Assembly: GCA_003056265.1 (NCBI GenBank) | Contig: NBVN01000003.1 | Span: forward strand, 30,001-62,000 | DNA: 32,000 nt | Origin: Zestosphaera tikiterensis | Lineage (GTDB): Archaea > Thermoproteota > Thermoprotei_A > Sulfolobales > NBVN01 | Reading direction: 5' to 3' | In this document: in pieces, positions 1 through 9,825 of the stretch | Numbering within the stretch: the stretch's first letter is position 1 | How the letters are laid out: every line of letters begins with the position of its first letter | Translations under genes and position numbers: made by a program | The notes under the pieces: generated by a model | What the model saw: the letters and a program-made list of their open reading frames with translations, nothing else | Databases searched by the model: none | Told to the model about the DNA's origin: nothing

Positions 1-1218
1 AGGGTTTTCAATAACGTAATCTCTAAAAATAAACTACCGCCCATACCTTCATTCATAGGCGGTGGGGTATGTCATCATTACGTCCCGTCGGTAGTGAAAG
101 CGATACTCTCACGTTCTGAATTTTACACGGCTTACACACCTTACCAACCTGAAATAGCTCAAGGACTTCTTCAAGCGTTTTTCGAATATCAAAGCGTTAT
201 GGCTGAACTCTACGGAGTAGACATCGTGAATGCTTCGATGTATAACGGAAGTACAGCAGCGGCTGAAGCTGTGCTAATGTCATCTAGAGTTACTAAGAGG
301 AAGAAGGTGTTGATTAGTAAGGCGGTTCATCCGGAGGTTAGGGACGTCATTAAGACTTGGTGTTTCGGTGCTGGTTTAGAGGTGATTGAAGTAAATTACG
401 ATGTAAGCACTGGAGAAACTGATTTAAAGGATTTCGAAAGTAAGTTAAGTAATGACGTAGCAGCATCCCTTATACAATCACCTAACTTCTTCGGCGTGAT
501 CGAAACAAAAATGAGGAGGTTTATAGACGTAACGCATAACGCAGGAGCTTTAGCTATAGTGTATTCCAACCCTATAGCTTTAGGCGTTTTTGAAGCACCC
601 GGGGCTTTAGGTGCTGACATAGTTGTTGGAGACACGCAAGCGCTTGGTAACGGTTTAAACTATGGCGGTCCTTCAGCAGGGGTTTTAGGGATTAAAGAAG
701 ATAAGGAATTGCTTCGCCAGCTTCCGGGAAGACTTATAGGTATGACGAAAACAGTTGACGGGGTTGAGAAGGGGTATATGATGATTCTACAGACTAGGGA
801 ACAGCATATAAGGAGGGAGAGAGCCACCTCAAACATAACCACAAACTCCGCTTTAGAAGCTGTGGCCTCGGTTGTTTACATAGCGCTTTTAGGTGCTGAA
901 GGACTTCGTCGCTTAGGTGAAGCGATATTAGGTAGGACTGAATACCTAATACGTAGGTTAAGAAGCGTTAAAGACATCGTCGCCCCCTTATTTGCTAATG
1001 GCCTCTACTTCCGTGAGGTTTCGTTTAAGGTTGTGGGTAAGGACTTAAGTGAGGTTTTAAAGAAGCTGGCCTCTGAGGGTATTTACGTAGGTCCTCAACT
1101 CAGCAGGTTCTACGAAGAACTCCCTAACTGCAGCCTTGCGTGCGTTACTGAAGTACATACTTTAGAAGACATAGATACGTTGGTAAGTAAGCTCTCTGAA
1201 GTGCTGGGAGGTGGGTAG
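1..1218 (+). CDS. gcvPA: Glycine dehydrogenase (decarboxylating) subunit 1, glycine cleavage P-protein alpha (5' partial, runs off the window start)
   Basis: Frame 1 is open from nt 1. It reads ...[42 protein letters not shown], the conserved GcvPA block, so the GTG at 94 in the ORF track is internal. The gene is followed directly by gcvPB. Confidence 0.9.
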   Translation, partial: RVFNNVISKNKLPPIPSFIGGGVCHHYVPSVVKAILSRSEFYTAYTPYQPEIAQGLLQAFFEYQSVMAELYGVDIVNASMYNGSTAAAEAVLMSSRVTKRKKVLISKAVHPEVRDVIKTWCFGAGLEVIEVNYDVSTGETDLKDFESKLSNDVAASLIQSPNFFGVIETKMRRFIDVTHNAGALAIVYSNPIALGVFEAPGALGADIVVGDTQALGNGLNYGGPSAGVLGIKEDKELLRQLPGRLIGMTKTVDGVEKGYMMILQTREQHIRRERATSNITTNSALEAVASVVYIALLGAEGLRRLGEAILGRTEYLIRRLRSVKDIVAPLFANGLYFREVSFKVVGKDLSEVLKKLASEGIYVGPQLSRFYEELPNCSLACVTEVHTLEDIDTLVSKLSEVLGGG

Positions 1219-2725
1219 GATGACTTATAGGCAGGCCAAGTGGGGTGAGCCAATAATATTTGAGTTAAGTAAAGAGAGCAAGCAATCATTCATCATAGAT
1301 GACATGTTTAAGGAGTACGCTAACGAAGCACTCAGTAAAATCCCCGAAGACCTTCGTAGGAAATCCGCGCTCAAGATACCTAACTTAAGTGAGGTTGAGG
1401 TTGTAAGGCATTTTACACGACTCACTCAAATGGCTTACGGAGTTGATGTAGGTCCAGTGCCTTTAGGTTCCTGCACTATGAAGTACAACCCTAAAGTCTC
1501 AGAAGAGCTCGCTAACGACCAAAGAGTTACGGAGCTCCATCCATATCAAGATGAGGAAACGGCTCAAGGAATACTTGAGATCATGTATTTAATGCAGAGA
1601 TGGCTTGCTGAAATAACTGGAACCGACGAATGTTCGTTACAACCCCCGGCCGGAGCTTCCGGCGAGTTCACTGGAGCTTTAATAATTAAGAAGTACCATA
1701 TAGACCATGGGATGCATTATAAAAACGAGATGATAGTTCCTGACGCAGCTCACGGTTCGAACCCGGCCAGTTCCGCAATGGCTGGGTTTAAAGTTGTTAA
1801 GATACCTACAGATAGCGACGGGGAGACGGACATTAACGCGCTTAAAGCTGCTTTAAGCGAGAGAACAGCCGGTTTAATGCTGACTAACCCCAACACATTA
1901 GGCATATTTGAAAGTAAAATCTTAGATATAGCCGACGCTATACATGAACGTAAAGCCTTCCTATATTACGACGGTGCGAATTTAAACGGGATCATAGGAG
2001 TAGTTAGACCTGGAGATATGGGTTTCGACATAATACATTTAAACCTGCATAAAACATTCGCAGCGCCGCACGGTGGCGGCGGTCCAGGCGCTGGCGTTGT
2101 ATGCGTTAAAAAAGAACTTAAGGAATACTTACCGACACCTATAGTAGATTACGACGGACGTAAATACTTCTTCAGATATGACTTAAGCAAAACCATAGGT
2201 AGGGTTTCATGGTTTTACGGAAACATAACACCGATTGTTAAGTCTTTCGTGTATTTAGCATCCTTAGGACCCGCTATTAGGGAAGTTGCTGAAATCTCCG
2301 TTTTAAACACTAACTACCTCCTGAAGAAGTTAGCGAATCTTAAGGGGATTTCCCTAATATACGGTGAGGGTAGATGGCGTAAGCATGAATTCGTAGTAAG
2401 CTTCGATAAACTACGTAAGGAGACCGGCGTAAACGCTGAGGACGTCGCTAAATCCTTACTTGATAGAGGTATTCACGCACCGACGATATACTTCCCGTTA
2501 ATAGTTCCCGAAGCCCACATGATTGAAGTTACTGAAACTGAAACCTTAGAAAACCTAGATTTAATAGCTGACGCATATAAAGAAATTGTGGAGAAAGCTT
2601 ACGTCAATCCTGAAGAGCTTAAGAAAGCTCCTAAGAACACTAGCGTAGGTAGGCTCGATGCTATCGTAGCAAACCACCCCAATACGTTAGCCCCTACCTA
2701 CAAACATGTGCTTGCTAGGAAATAA
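1211..2725 (+). CDS. gcvPB: Glycine dehydrogenase (decarboxylating) subunit 2, glycine cleavage P-protein beta (PLP-binding)
   Basis: 504 aa. It carries the PLP-lysine region '[22 protein letters not shown]' typical of GcvPB. The GTG at 1211 overlaps the gcvPA stop. The ATG at 1220, preceded by GGAGGTG, is the more likely start. Confidence 0.92.
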   Translation: MGRMTYRQAKWGEPIIFELSKESKQSFIIDDMFKEYANEALSKIPEDLRRKSALKIPNLSEVEVVRHFTRLTQMAYGVDVGPVPLGSCTMKYNPKVSEELANDQRVTELHPYQDEETAQGILEIMYLMQRWLAEITGTDECSLQPPAGASGEFTGALIIKKYHIDHGMHYKNEMIVPDAAHGSNPASSAMAGFKVVKIPTDSDGETDINALKAALSERTAGLMLTNPNTLGIFESKILDIADAIHERKAFLYYDGANLNGIIGVVRPGDMGFDIIHLNLHKTFAAPHGGGGPGAGVVCVKKELKEYLPTPIVDYDGRKYFFRYDLSKTIGRVSWFYGNITPIVKSFVYLASLGPAIREVAEISVLNTNYLLKKLANLKGISLIYGEGRWRKHEFVVSFDKLRKETGVNAEDVAKSLLDRGIHAPTIYFPLIVPEAHMIEVTETETLENLDLIADAYKEIVEKAYVNPEELKKAPKNTSVGRLDAIVANHPNTLAPTYKHVLARK

Positions 2726-3869
2726 ACCCGCGGAATTTTTCCAAACAACATGCTGGGAGAATAAGCTTCAACGTTTCTTCCTTATATCCTGTGATCACTC
2801 TACGATACCCACTTAATCGAATATCAAGCTCTGAATCCCCAGTATCTACTAAGAGGTATTTAAGACTTCTTAACTTCTCTGGAGATGAAAGTATGAATAT
2901 GTTGTTTAAATCTACTAACTTAAGTACTTGAGGGGTGAATTGCTGATTGCCCCTACCGAAGACGTAACCCTGCCTACCTATAACTGAAACCACTATCGAC
3001 GCCTTCCCATATTCTTTCAAGAGTTTTAGAATCTCACCTTCGCCTAAATCCCTACCGACAATTCTACCGTCGTATAGTGCGTCAACCCCCAATAAAGTTT
3101 TTTCCAATCCTAGCAAGTCAGTAATAGACTTAATTGTTGTTCCGGGTCCCAATAAATATAGGGTGTTGCGATCCATGAAGTCTTCAATGAAATACTTAGC
3201 TATACCCATCTTATCTTCTTCATAGCTACCGAAGTCTTTACTAGGCGCTACATACCCCTCAACTACGGGAATGGGGGATAAGGAGAAAACCCTAACTTTA
3301 AGGATCCCTGATTGTAGAGAGGATTCATCCACATCAGCTACCTCAGCTAGATCCACTCTAGCAAACCCCATAACGTAAGAGCTAAGTATCTCAACAGCTG
3401 CTTCAGGGGAAACAGCGAAAACCCCGGAATACATCTTAACCCCCGCTGGAATTCCAAGAATAGGTACTTTACCTTTAACAACTTCAGCGACGTCCCTAGC
3501 TGTACCATCACCCCCAACAAAAACTATTAAATCCACTCCACGCTTTAGAAACTCCTTACACACCTCTAAAGTATCCTCTCTAGTTGTTACGTTATGCCGA
3601 GGATAATCTAAACATGTATAGCTTACTTTAAACCCTTCTTTCAAGACTTCCTCAAAATACTGACAGCCCATAACACCATTAGCTACTATAAAACTACATT
3701 CAAAGTTTTGTTCAGCTAACTTTTTTAAAAACCTTAAAGTCTTTAATGGAGCTACGGCTTTAGCCCCTCTCTTCAAAGCTTCATAAAGTAAAGAACCGTC
3801 AGTACCTTTCAAACCTACGGACCCACCCATACCCGCTATAGGATTAACTAGAAAACCTACCTTAACCAC
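2715..3869 (-). CDS. ATP-NAD kinase-like family protein (COG3199-type predicted polyphosphate/ATP NAD kinase)
   Basis: 384 aa. The N-terminus 'VGFLVNPIAGMGGSVGLKGTDG' and the later 'LIVFVGGDGTARDV' are diacylglycerol/NAD-kinase fold motifs. The 3' end overlaps gcvPB convergently by 11 nt. Confidence 0.7.
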   Translation of the reverse strand: MVKVGFLVNPIAGMGGSVGLKGTDGSLLYEALKRGAKAVAPLKTLRFLKKLAEQNFECSFIVANGVMGCQYFEEVLKEGFKVSYTCLDYPRHNVTTREDTLEVCKEFLKRGVDLIVFVGGDGTARDVAEVVKGKVPILGIPAGVKMYSGVFAVSPEAAVEILSSYVMGFARVDLAEVADVDESSLQSGILKVRVFSLSPIPVVEGYVAPSKDFGSYEEDKMGIAKYFIEDFMDRNTLYLLGPGTTIKSITDLLGLEKTLLGVDALYDGRIVGRDLGEGEILKLLKEYGKASIVVSVIGRQGYVFGRGNQQFTPQVLKLVDLNNIFILSSPEKLRSLKYLLVDTGDSELDIRLSGYRRVITGYKEETLKLILPACCLEKFRGFIS

Positions 3870-4014
3870 CTACACTACCCACCAAAAAGAAAAGTAGTTA
3901 AAGACGATAAATAATCTAAAGAGTTTCTTACTTTTACTTAAGTCTGAGTGCGTGAGTACGTTATGTACATGTAAGTTGATGTAGTAATACAGTCGTTGAA
4001 TTCTCGGTGTCGGT

Positions 4015-4632
4015 ATGAGATGTCCTTACTGCGGTTCAGAAAGTATCATATGGAGTTACTCCTCCGGAGACGTTATCTGCAGCGAGTGTGGTAGTGTTAT
4101 AGATAGGATATACACATACGATGAATGTTGCTTAAACCAACATCAAAACCTCTATTCATCATTACCTACTCAAACAACTCAAGGCTTAGGTCTTTCGAAA
4201 ATGACTAAGGAGTATTTAAAGCTCGTTAAGGACTTGAATAAAAGCAGGAAACTCAAGGGTAGAGTCTACATAGATCATGAGATGTTTCTTAAATACGTTA
4301 GTGAAGGCGGTAATAGAGTTAAAGTACTTAAGTTTAGGTTAAATAACGTGTGCGGATATCCTAACGAAGAATATGTAGAGAAAGTGCTTGACATCATGCG
4401 TAAATACCCAAGGCTCTCGTCAAGAACTGAAAGAGCTAAAAAAGCCTTAGCCTTAATAACTTTAAACATGCTTCACATCACCAAAGTTAATGAAGTAGAG
4501 TTAACTAAACTCGCTGGATTAAGCTACGTACATGTGAAGAGATTAACATCCATACTAACTAAGGAAAAAGAATTCATAAAAGAAGTAGAGAAAACACTTA
4601 AAAACATGGAGGATATACCTATACCCACTTAA
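4015..4632 (+). CDS. TFIIB-type zinc-ribbon protein, truncated TFB paralog
   Basis: 205 aa. The N-terminal 'CPYCGS...VICSECGSVI' is a CxxC-x15-CxxC TFIIB zinc ribbon. The C-terminal part 'ALALITLNMLHITKVNEVELTKLAGLSYVHVKRLTSIL' resembles a single cyclin-repeat helix-turn-helix. The protein is too short for a full TFB (about 300 aa). Confidence 0.6.
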   Translation: MRCPYCGSESIIWSYSSGDVICSECGSVIDRIYTYDECCLNQHQNLYSSLPTQTTQGLGLSKMTKEYLKLVKDLNKSRKLKGRVYIDHEMFLKYVSEGGNRVKVLKFRLNNVCGYPNEEYVEKVLDIMRKYPRLSSRTERAKKALALITLNMLHITKVNEVELTKLAGLSYVHVKRLTSILTKEKEFIKEVEKTLKNMEDIPIPT

Positions 4633-4974
4633 CTACGTACAACATAATCTGTTCATAGAAGTTTTACCTCGCAAATCTTATAACCCACATAATTACAACC
4701 GAAAGCTTCGCACACAGCCCCCTACACGGATGTTTAAGGTCTTCAGAAGCCGATGATTAGCGAGGAAATTCTATAGTCCTATAACTCTAGGTCTACACAA
4801 GAAGATAAAATAACGAGCTGAAGAGCGGCTTGAGCCTAAACTAGGCGAACATAACCAAAGCCGGTAAACCGCTTAAGACAGGCGGGGAGAAGTTAATTCT
4901 ATCTAAAGACATGTGAAGTTCATTCGAGAAAGTTAGTTAATGGAAATAGAGGTTTAACTATGTAATGAAAGCTG

Positions 4975-5943
4975 TTAGCTGATTTCAAGAGCTGAAGCTA
5001 GTTCAGGAGGTACTTCATATATGTAGATCCTCCACTCAACTTTACTGGTAATCTCCTTTACTTTATTTAAGGCTTCCCTACCGTTAAAAACTGAACCATC
5101 ACTTAACTCTAACCTCACACCGATTAACGTCTTATCCTTAAAGAGTAGTCTAATCTTATGTCCTTCAACACTTGAAGCACTGACAAAAGTGATTGGCAGA
5201 CCTACCTCATCCCGAGTTTTTAAAGCTTCGTTTAAGACTTCCACCGCGGTGTTTTCCACGCGTTTTGTGGTTGAGAGCTTAGATTTCACTAGTAACATGC
5301 TTAACTTAAGCTCGTCTTCAAGCGCTCTAGGATCTCCACTGACTTCAGCCATAACTTCTTTTTTAACTTCCTCCTTAGGTGGAGTAGGTGGTGTAGGCTT
5401 AACTGACACGGGAGTTGCGGTAGGTTTCTCTTCAGGTGCTGGTGTAGCAGGCTTAGACGGTTCTGAAGGCGGGGCTTCCACGACACCTTCCTTTAAAAGT
5501 TTAGCAACTTCTTTCTTAGTAAGTACTTCAATCATAAGCGGTAACTCTATCATTAACTTACGTCTGTAATCATCAATAAAGCTAACGAGTTCGGGTGCCA
5601 ATATCCTCTCCCTGAAGAAAGAGGACTTAACCAACAACCTTCCTGTGATTAAAGTATATAAACCCTTCGCCGCGAGGGTTAATCTTAACGAGAAGTAAAT
5701 ATCTCCTTGACCTTCAAAATCTATTACTCTACTCCCGCCAACGGCTTCAGTCTTTACTTTCAACCGTATAGAGTATTGAGATCCAGCTATCCTTAAACTC
5801 ACTATTGCTTCATCCTTACCAACTAGCTGTAAAGAGTCGTAGATAGACCAATAAGATAAATGCATAGCTATATCGGTAAGAACGTTAAACACCACATCAG
5901 TAGGTGCTGGTATGACGACCTCAAAGTTTTTAGTAATAACCAT
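4975..5943 (-). CDS. Hypothetical three-part protein: SRPBCC-like N-domain, Pro/Thr/Lys-rich linker, uncharacterised C-domain
   Basis: 322 aa. The N-terminus 'FEVVIPAPTDVVFNVLTDIAMHLSYW' looks like a START/Bet-v1 (SRPBCC) fold opening. The low-complexity linker reads 'PPSEPSKPATPAPEEKPTATPVSVKPTPPTPPKEE'. The C-terminal domain of about 120 aa has no motif I recognise with certainty. Confidence 0.55.
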   Translation of the reverse strand: MVITKNFEVVIPAPTDVVFNVLTDIAMHLSYWSIYDSLQLVGKDEAIVSLRIAGSQYSIRLKVKTEAVGGSRVIDFEGQGDIYFSLRLTLAAKGLYTLITGRLLVKSSFFRERILAPELVSFIDDYRRKLMIELPLMIEVLTKKEVAKLLKEGVVEAPPSEPSKPATPAPEEKPTATPVSVKPTPPTPPKEEVKKEVMAEVSGDPRALEDELKLSMLLVKSKLSTTKRVENTAVEVLNEALKTRDEVGLPITFVSASSVEGHKIRLLFKDKTLIGVRLELSDGSVFNGREALNKVKEITSKVEWRIYIYEVPPELASALEIS

Positions 5944-6045
5944 CCCTCACTACCATTTAAAAACTTGACAAACAAAATATTTATAAACAGTTGAAGCTCT
6001 TTAAACACGGTAGAATTTTTAGGGGGTTTAAACGGGTAGGGTACT

Positions 6046-7962
6046 TTATTTCTTTTTTAAGTAAGCGCTAAGCTTCTCTCTAACCACGTCTGCCACTATC
6101 TTACCGTCGATTTTACCTCTAACTACCCTCATTACCTCGCCCATAACTATGTTGAAGGCTTTGCTTTCCTTCGCTAGTATAGATTCCCTATTCCTCTCTA
6201 TGACCTCATCAACTATCTTCTCTAAATCCTCCCTTCTTAAAACAGCGTAAGCTTTAACCAACTCCTCAACGCTTTTAGAGCCTTTAGAGCTTAAGTATTC
6301 TTTGAGAATCTCAGGTATCGAGTCTTTAGATATAAGTCCAGAACCCACACCTTCAAACACTTTCTCAAGCACTTCCTCCGTAATTAAACTTACGTCAAAC
6401 CCTTGAGATTTTAAACCCTTTAAATGAATCATTAATGTTGAAGCTATTACATGCGGGGCTACAGACCTACCGAAACTCTCAACTAAGTTTAGGTACGTAT
6501 GTATTAGAGGATCCCTAACTAAAGCTTCAGCTATAGGTTTAGGTAGGTTATGCTCCTTCACCAACCTACTAAGTAATTCGTCTGGAGTTGGCGGCTTAAG
6601 CTTCTCAGCCTCTTTAAGAAGTTCTTCAGAGATTCTGAGAGGGGGTATGTCGGTTTCAGGATACATCCTAGACGCACCTGGTTGAGGCCTCATATACTTA
6701 GTGGTTCCGTCAGGGTTAGCAGCCCTCGTTTCTTTAGGAACGCCTACGAAAGCATTTTTAACTCTTTCGAAAACTGCTTGAAGTGCTCTTTCAGCACTTT
6801 CATCATCAGCTAAAGTCAATACGTAAGCATCTCTAGACTCGTCAAGGTTGAGCACCTTAAAAACATTTAACTTCTCCTCAGCGCTTATGCCGTAAGCAGG
6901 TAATTCATCACTATGTATTATACCGCCTACACCGCCCCACGCCTTAGCGTAATCTGAAAGCTCCGTACCAAACCTCCTCCCAGGCTGAACCTCAACCTTT
7001 AAAATACCGTTGAACCCCTTCAGAGGAAGTGCGTATACTTTTAAACCCTTGCTTAAGGCATTCCTTACAAGATTGCTTTTAGTGTTTACAAAGACTTGAG
7101 TAACGTCCTTCACAACGTAAGTTAATTCCTCACTGCTTAAGCCTCTCTTAATAAGTTCATCACGTATCTCAAGCAGCTTAAGCTGCCTCATCACCTCATA
7201 CTCGATAACCTTAGGTATTAACTCAAGTTTGCTAACGCCTTTAATCTCTATTTTAGAACCTCCTTTAATAGATACGTTAAGATCCTGTCGTATCGTCCCT
7301 ATACCGCGCTTGACCTTACCCGTCAACCTAAGCAATAAACCCAACTTAAAAGCAACTCTTAAGGCCTGCTCAGGACTCTTTATATCTGGTGCCGTTGAGA
7401 TCTCAACTAAAGGTATACCCAACCTATCGAGGTTATATTTAACGTAGCCCTTACCCTCATCTACTTTCCTAGCAGCGTCCTCCTCAAGGCATATCGTTTG
7501 AATTCCAACCCTACCGTTCTCATCTTCAATGAATCCACCCACACCAACAACAGCGGTTCTTTGAAATCCTGAAGTGTTGGAACCGTCGATGACTATCTTC
7601 CTCATAACGTAAACTTCATCTACAGGTTTAGCGTTTAAAGCTTTAACAATACCTAAAGTTATTAACACAGCCTCCATATTTATAGGGTGCGGAGGTTCTT
7701 CATCAAGTTCAACTAAGCAGGCATGCCCTCTAGGAACTTCATATATTATCTTCCTACCTTTAAGCATTTCATACAAGGCCGCAGGATCGACTTCGCCGAT
7801 CTCGCTTTTAGCAACCCTTAAATATCTACTTACCTCAACCTTAGGTGTGGATTCGCTGGCTAGGCTCGTTGAACATGAGCAGAAAAGCTTTCCCTTAGTA
7901 GCGAGTTGCTGATGTATTTCTAACCCTACCTTAAGACCAAGCTCTTCGTAGTTAATCTCCAT
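6046..7962 (-). CDS. gatE: Glutamyl-tRNA(Gln) amidotransferase subunit E
   Basis: 'MEINYEELGLKVGLEIHQQL...' is the canonical GatE N-terminus. The length is about 638 aa from the ATG at 7962, which is preceded by GGTGG. The track start at 7992 adds 10 unlikely residues. The gene overlaps the gatD stop by 11 nt, consistent with translational coupling. Confidence 0.93.
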   Translation of the reverse strand: MEINYEELGLKVGLEIHQQLATKGKLFCSCSTSLASESTPKVEVSRYLRVAKSEIGEVDPAALYEMLKGRKIIYEVPRGHACLVELDEEPPHPINMEAVLITLGIVKALNAKPVDEVYVMRKIVIDGSNTSGFQRTAVVGVGGFIEDENGRVGIQTICLEEDAARKVDEGKGYVKYNLDRLGIPLVEISTAPDIKSPEQALRVAFKLGLLLRLTGKVKRGIGTIRQDLNVSIKGGSKIEIKGVSKLELIPKVIEYEVMRQLKLLEIRDELIKRGLSSEELTYVVKDVTQVFVNTKSNLVRNALSKGLKVYALPLKGFNGILKVEVQPGRRFGTELSDYAKAWGGVGGIIHSDELPAYGISAEEKLNVFKVLNLDESRDAYVLTLADDESAERALQAVFERVKNAFVGVPKETRAANPDGTTKYMRPQPGASRMYPETDIPPLRISEELLKEAEKLKPPTPDELLSRLVKEHNLPKPIAEALVRDPLIHTYLNLVESFGRSVAPHVIASTLMIHLKGLKSQGFDVSLITEEVLEKVFEGVGSGLISKDSIPEILKEYLSSKGSKSVEELVKAYAVLRREDLEKIVDEVIERNRESILAKESKAFNIVMGEVMRVVRGKIDGKIVADVVREKLSAYLKKK

Positions 7963-9262
7963 GATACCACCTCGGGTAGATGAAGTCCTCATGCCTGTAG
8001 TTTATCTCGTTAACTAAGTTCCTTAGGAATAAGCGCTTAATTTCATCAACGCTTAAGTGGTTGTAACTCCCTAAAAGCCATGAAAGCTTAACGAACGCCA
8101 CCTCAGGCAACATATCCTCAGCTGGAATTACACCCGCTTTAATTAACCTCCTCCCAGTACTATACACGTTTAGATTAACCCTACCGAAGAGTGTTTGAGT
8201 AGTCATGACTGTTAAAACCCCCAATTCAGAAGCCCTAGCTATATTATCCACGCAAGCATTCCTTACATGACCTAATCCAGTGCCTTCAAAAACTAAGCCT
8301 TTATAACCTTTATCAATTAACCCGTCTATTAAATCACATTCAAAGCCTGGATAGAATTTAATTAAAGCAACTTCATCGCTAAATCTATTAATTAATTCGA
8401 AGTCTTCAAGCCGTGCCCGAGGTATATACCTATCGTTAATAAGTTTAAACTCCATACTTGGAAAAACAACTTTAGCTAGGGGAACGTCATTTATAGATTG
8501 AAACGCGTCCCTCCTACTTGAATGCATCTTCCTTACTTTAACACCTCTATGAATTAACACATACTCATCTGAGGTATGGCCATGCATACTAACTACGACT
8601 TCACCGAAGGGTGCTTCGGTAAACACCTTTAAAGAAGCTTTAAGGTTTAGCACGGCGTCAGTACTTGGTCGGTCACTACTTCTTTGAGCGCCGACGATGA
8701 CGATAGGTATTGGAAGGTTCCTTAAAGAGAACGCTAACGCCGCAGCCGTGTATGTCATCGTGTCTGTTCCATGAGCTATTAAAACGCCGTCAACACCGGA
8801 CTTAACCCTCTTCGCCACTTCAAAACTTAACTCCTCCCATATCTTAGGGGTTAAATCCTCACTAAACAACCTATACACCTCAAGAACCTCCAACTCCGAG
8901 ACTTGATTTTTGAAATCTGGAACCATATCAACAAGTTCAGCGGCTGTGATCGCGGGTTTTACAGCGCCTGTCTCATAATCAACTTTACTGACTATAGTCC
9001 CTCCAGTACTTAAAAAGCTAATTCTTAAGTTCCCACCGCCTCTAAAGAATGTTTGCGAAGGCTCTTCAAACTCGAAACTAACGACGTTCTCATTTAAGAC
9101 CTCTACCTGAGCGTCTTCAACACTTAAACCAACGTTATACCCGTTATCAAGTTTAAGCATGATGATATCTTCAGAAGAGAATTCCGTCTTAGGCAAGACA
9201 ATACCTTCATATACGACATCATCTTTAACTACTCTCACCCTATCTCCGGGCTTGAACCTCAC
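7952..9262 (-). CDS. gatD: Glutamyl-tRNA(Gln) amidotransferase subunit D (asparaginase-like)
   Basis: 436 aa. It has the N-terminal 'PGDRVRV...YEGIVLP' domain and the asparaginase motifs 'STGGTI' and 'HGTDTM'. The GTG start at 9262 is preceded by GGTGGTGA. It lies directly upstream of gatE. Confidence 0.93.
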   Translation of the reverse strand: MRFKPGDRVRVVKDDVVYEGIVLPKTEFSSEDIIMLKLDNGYNVGLSVEDAQVEVLNENVVSFEFEEPSQTFFRGGGNLRISFLSTGGTIVSKVDYETGAVKPAITAAELVDMVPDFKNQVSELEVLEVYRLFSEDLTPKIWEELSFEVAKRVKSGVDGVLIAHGTDTMTYTAAALAFSLRNLPIPIVIVGAQRSSDRPSTDAVLNLKASLKVFTEAPFGEVVVSMHGHTSDEYVLIHRGVKVRKMHSSRRDAFQSINDVPLAKVVFPSMEFKLINDRYIPRARLEDFELINRFSDEVALIKFYPGFECDLIDGLIDKGYKGLVFEGTGLGHVRNACVDNIARASELGVLTVMTTQTLFGRVNLNVYSTGRRLIKAGVIPAEDMLPEVAFVKLSWLLGSYNHLSVDEIKRLFLRNLVNEINYRHEDFIYPRWYHGD

Positions 9263-9375
9263 GCTTCACCACCGACTAAACCACGTAAGCCGTTCTAAAT
9301 ACGTGCTCAAAGCAAAAATATATTTCAAACGTAAGGCTTATTTCCTTTTAAAATGTTGAATTAAAGGGTAAGCTA

Positions 9376-9825
9376 TTGAGTGAAGGGGAACGCCTACTAG
9401 AGTATTTCTTAAGGAATGAACTGCTGGTAGTTAATAGCCATTTAGCTGTGAAACGCAAGACTTTAAAAGAACTTCTTAAGGAGGAGTATCCCCACGTCCT
9501 CACGCGTGACGGAGGACTTCATATGTTTAGGAAAAGCGAGTTAATGTATGCTTATGAGTTGCTTAAAGAAGATGCGGATAAACTCCTACTTCCAATATAC
9601 GTTGAGTTAATCCCTGAAATGTCTCAAACGACTGCCTTAGTTAGCGATCCTATAGCTATTAAATTACTGAGTAAGATACTTGAGACCCCGGAGGAGTACC
9701 CGCTATATCTATACCCCATACAGTTAAACGTATTAAGAAGTAAGATAGGCACTTTAATACAGTATTTAATAAGTCCTAAATCCCTTGAGGTTGAGCCCCT
9801 CTCAGAAGAGTTAACGCGCTTCTGA
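9376..9825 (+). CDS. Small conserved archaeal protein, UPF0216/DUF61-like
   Basis: 149 aa with a TTG start. The block 'NSHLAVKRKTLKELLKEEYPHVLTRDGGLHMFRKSEL...LLLPIYVEL' matches my recollection of the DUF61 family pattern. The family assignment is from memory and is not verified. Confidence 0.5.
   Translation: MSEGERLLEYFLRNELLVVNSHLAVKRKTLKELLKEEYPHVLTRDGGLHMFRKSELMYAYELLKEDADKLLLPIYVELIPEMSQTTALVSDPIAIKLLSKILETPEEYPLYLYPIQLNVLRSKIGTLIQYLISPKSLEVEPLSEELTRF

Noticed and set aside
396-842. Minus-strand ORFs 396..635 and 660..842 inside gcvPA
   Set aside because: They are antisense to a strongly supported gene. Their composition is low-complexity and Ser/Pro/Thr/Leu-rich, typical of shadow ORFs, and they carry no motifs.
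1225-1425. Minus-strand 66-aa ORF inside gcvPB
   Set aside because: It is an antisense shadow ORF within a conserved coding region.
4275-4469. Minus-strand 64-aa ORF inside the TFB-like gene
   Set aside because: It is an antisense shadow ORF with no independent support.
4653-4690. Shared 12-mer CATAGAAGTTTT between 4653 and 20858, as a possible dispersed repeat
   Set aside because: Dozens of shared 12-mers are expected by chance within 32 kb. The similarity decays immediately outside the 12-mer.
4749-4821. Possible C/D-box sRNA (CCGAUGA ... CUGA) in the 4633-4974 spacer
   Set aside because: The C box is imperfect because it lacks the first U. The C-to-D distance of 61 nt is too long for an archaeal C/D sRNA.
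5189-5569. Plus-strand 126-aa ORF and minus-strand 61-aa ORF (5301..5486) overlapping the 322-aa gene
   Set aside because: Both run through the repetitive Pro/Thr/Lys linker region, where all frames stay open. Their Ser/Gly/Thr-rich or Leu/Lys-rich translations are artefacts of that composition.
7229-7447. Plus-strand 72-aa ORF inside gatE
   Set aside because: It is an antisense shadow ORF.
9159-9359. Plus-strand 66-aa ORF spanning the gatD 5' end and its promoter
   Set aside because: It overlaps the gatD N-terminus in antisense and then runs into an A/T-rich promoter. It has no motif.
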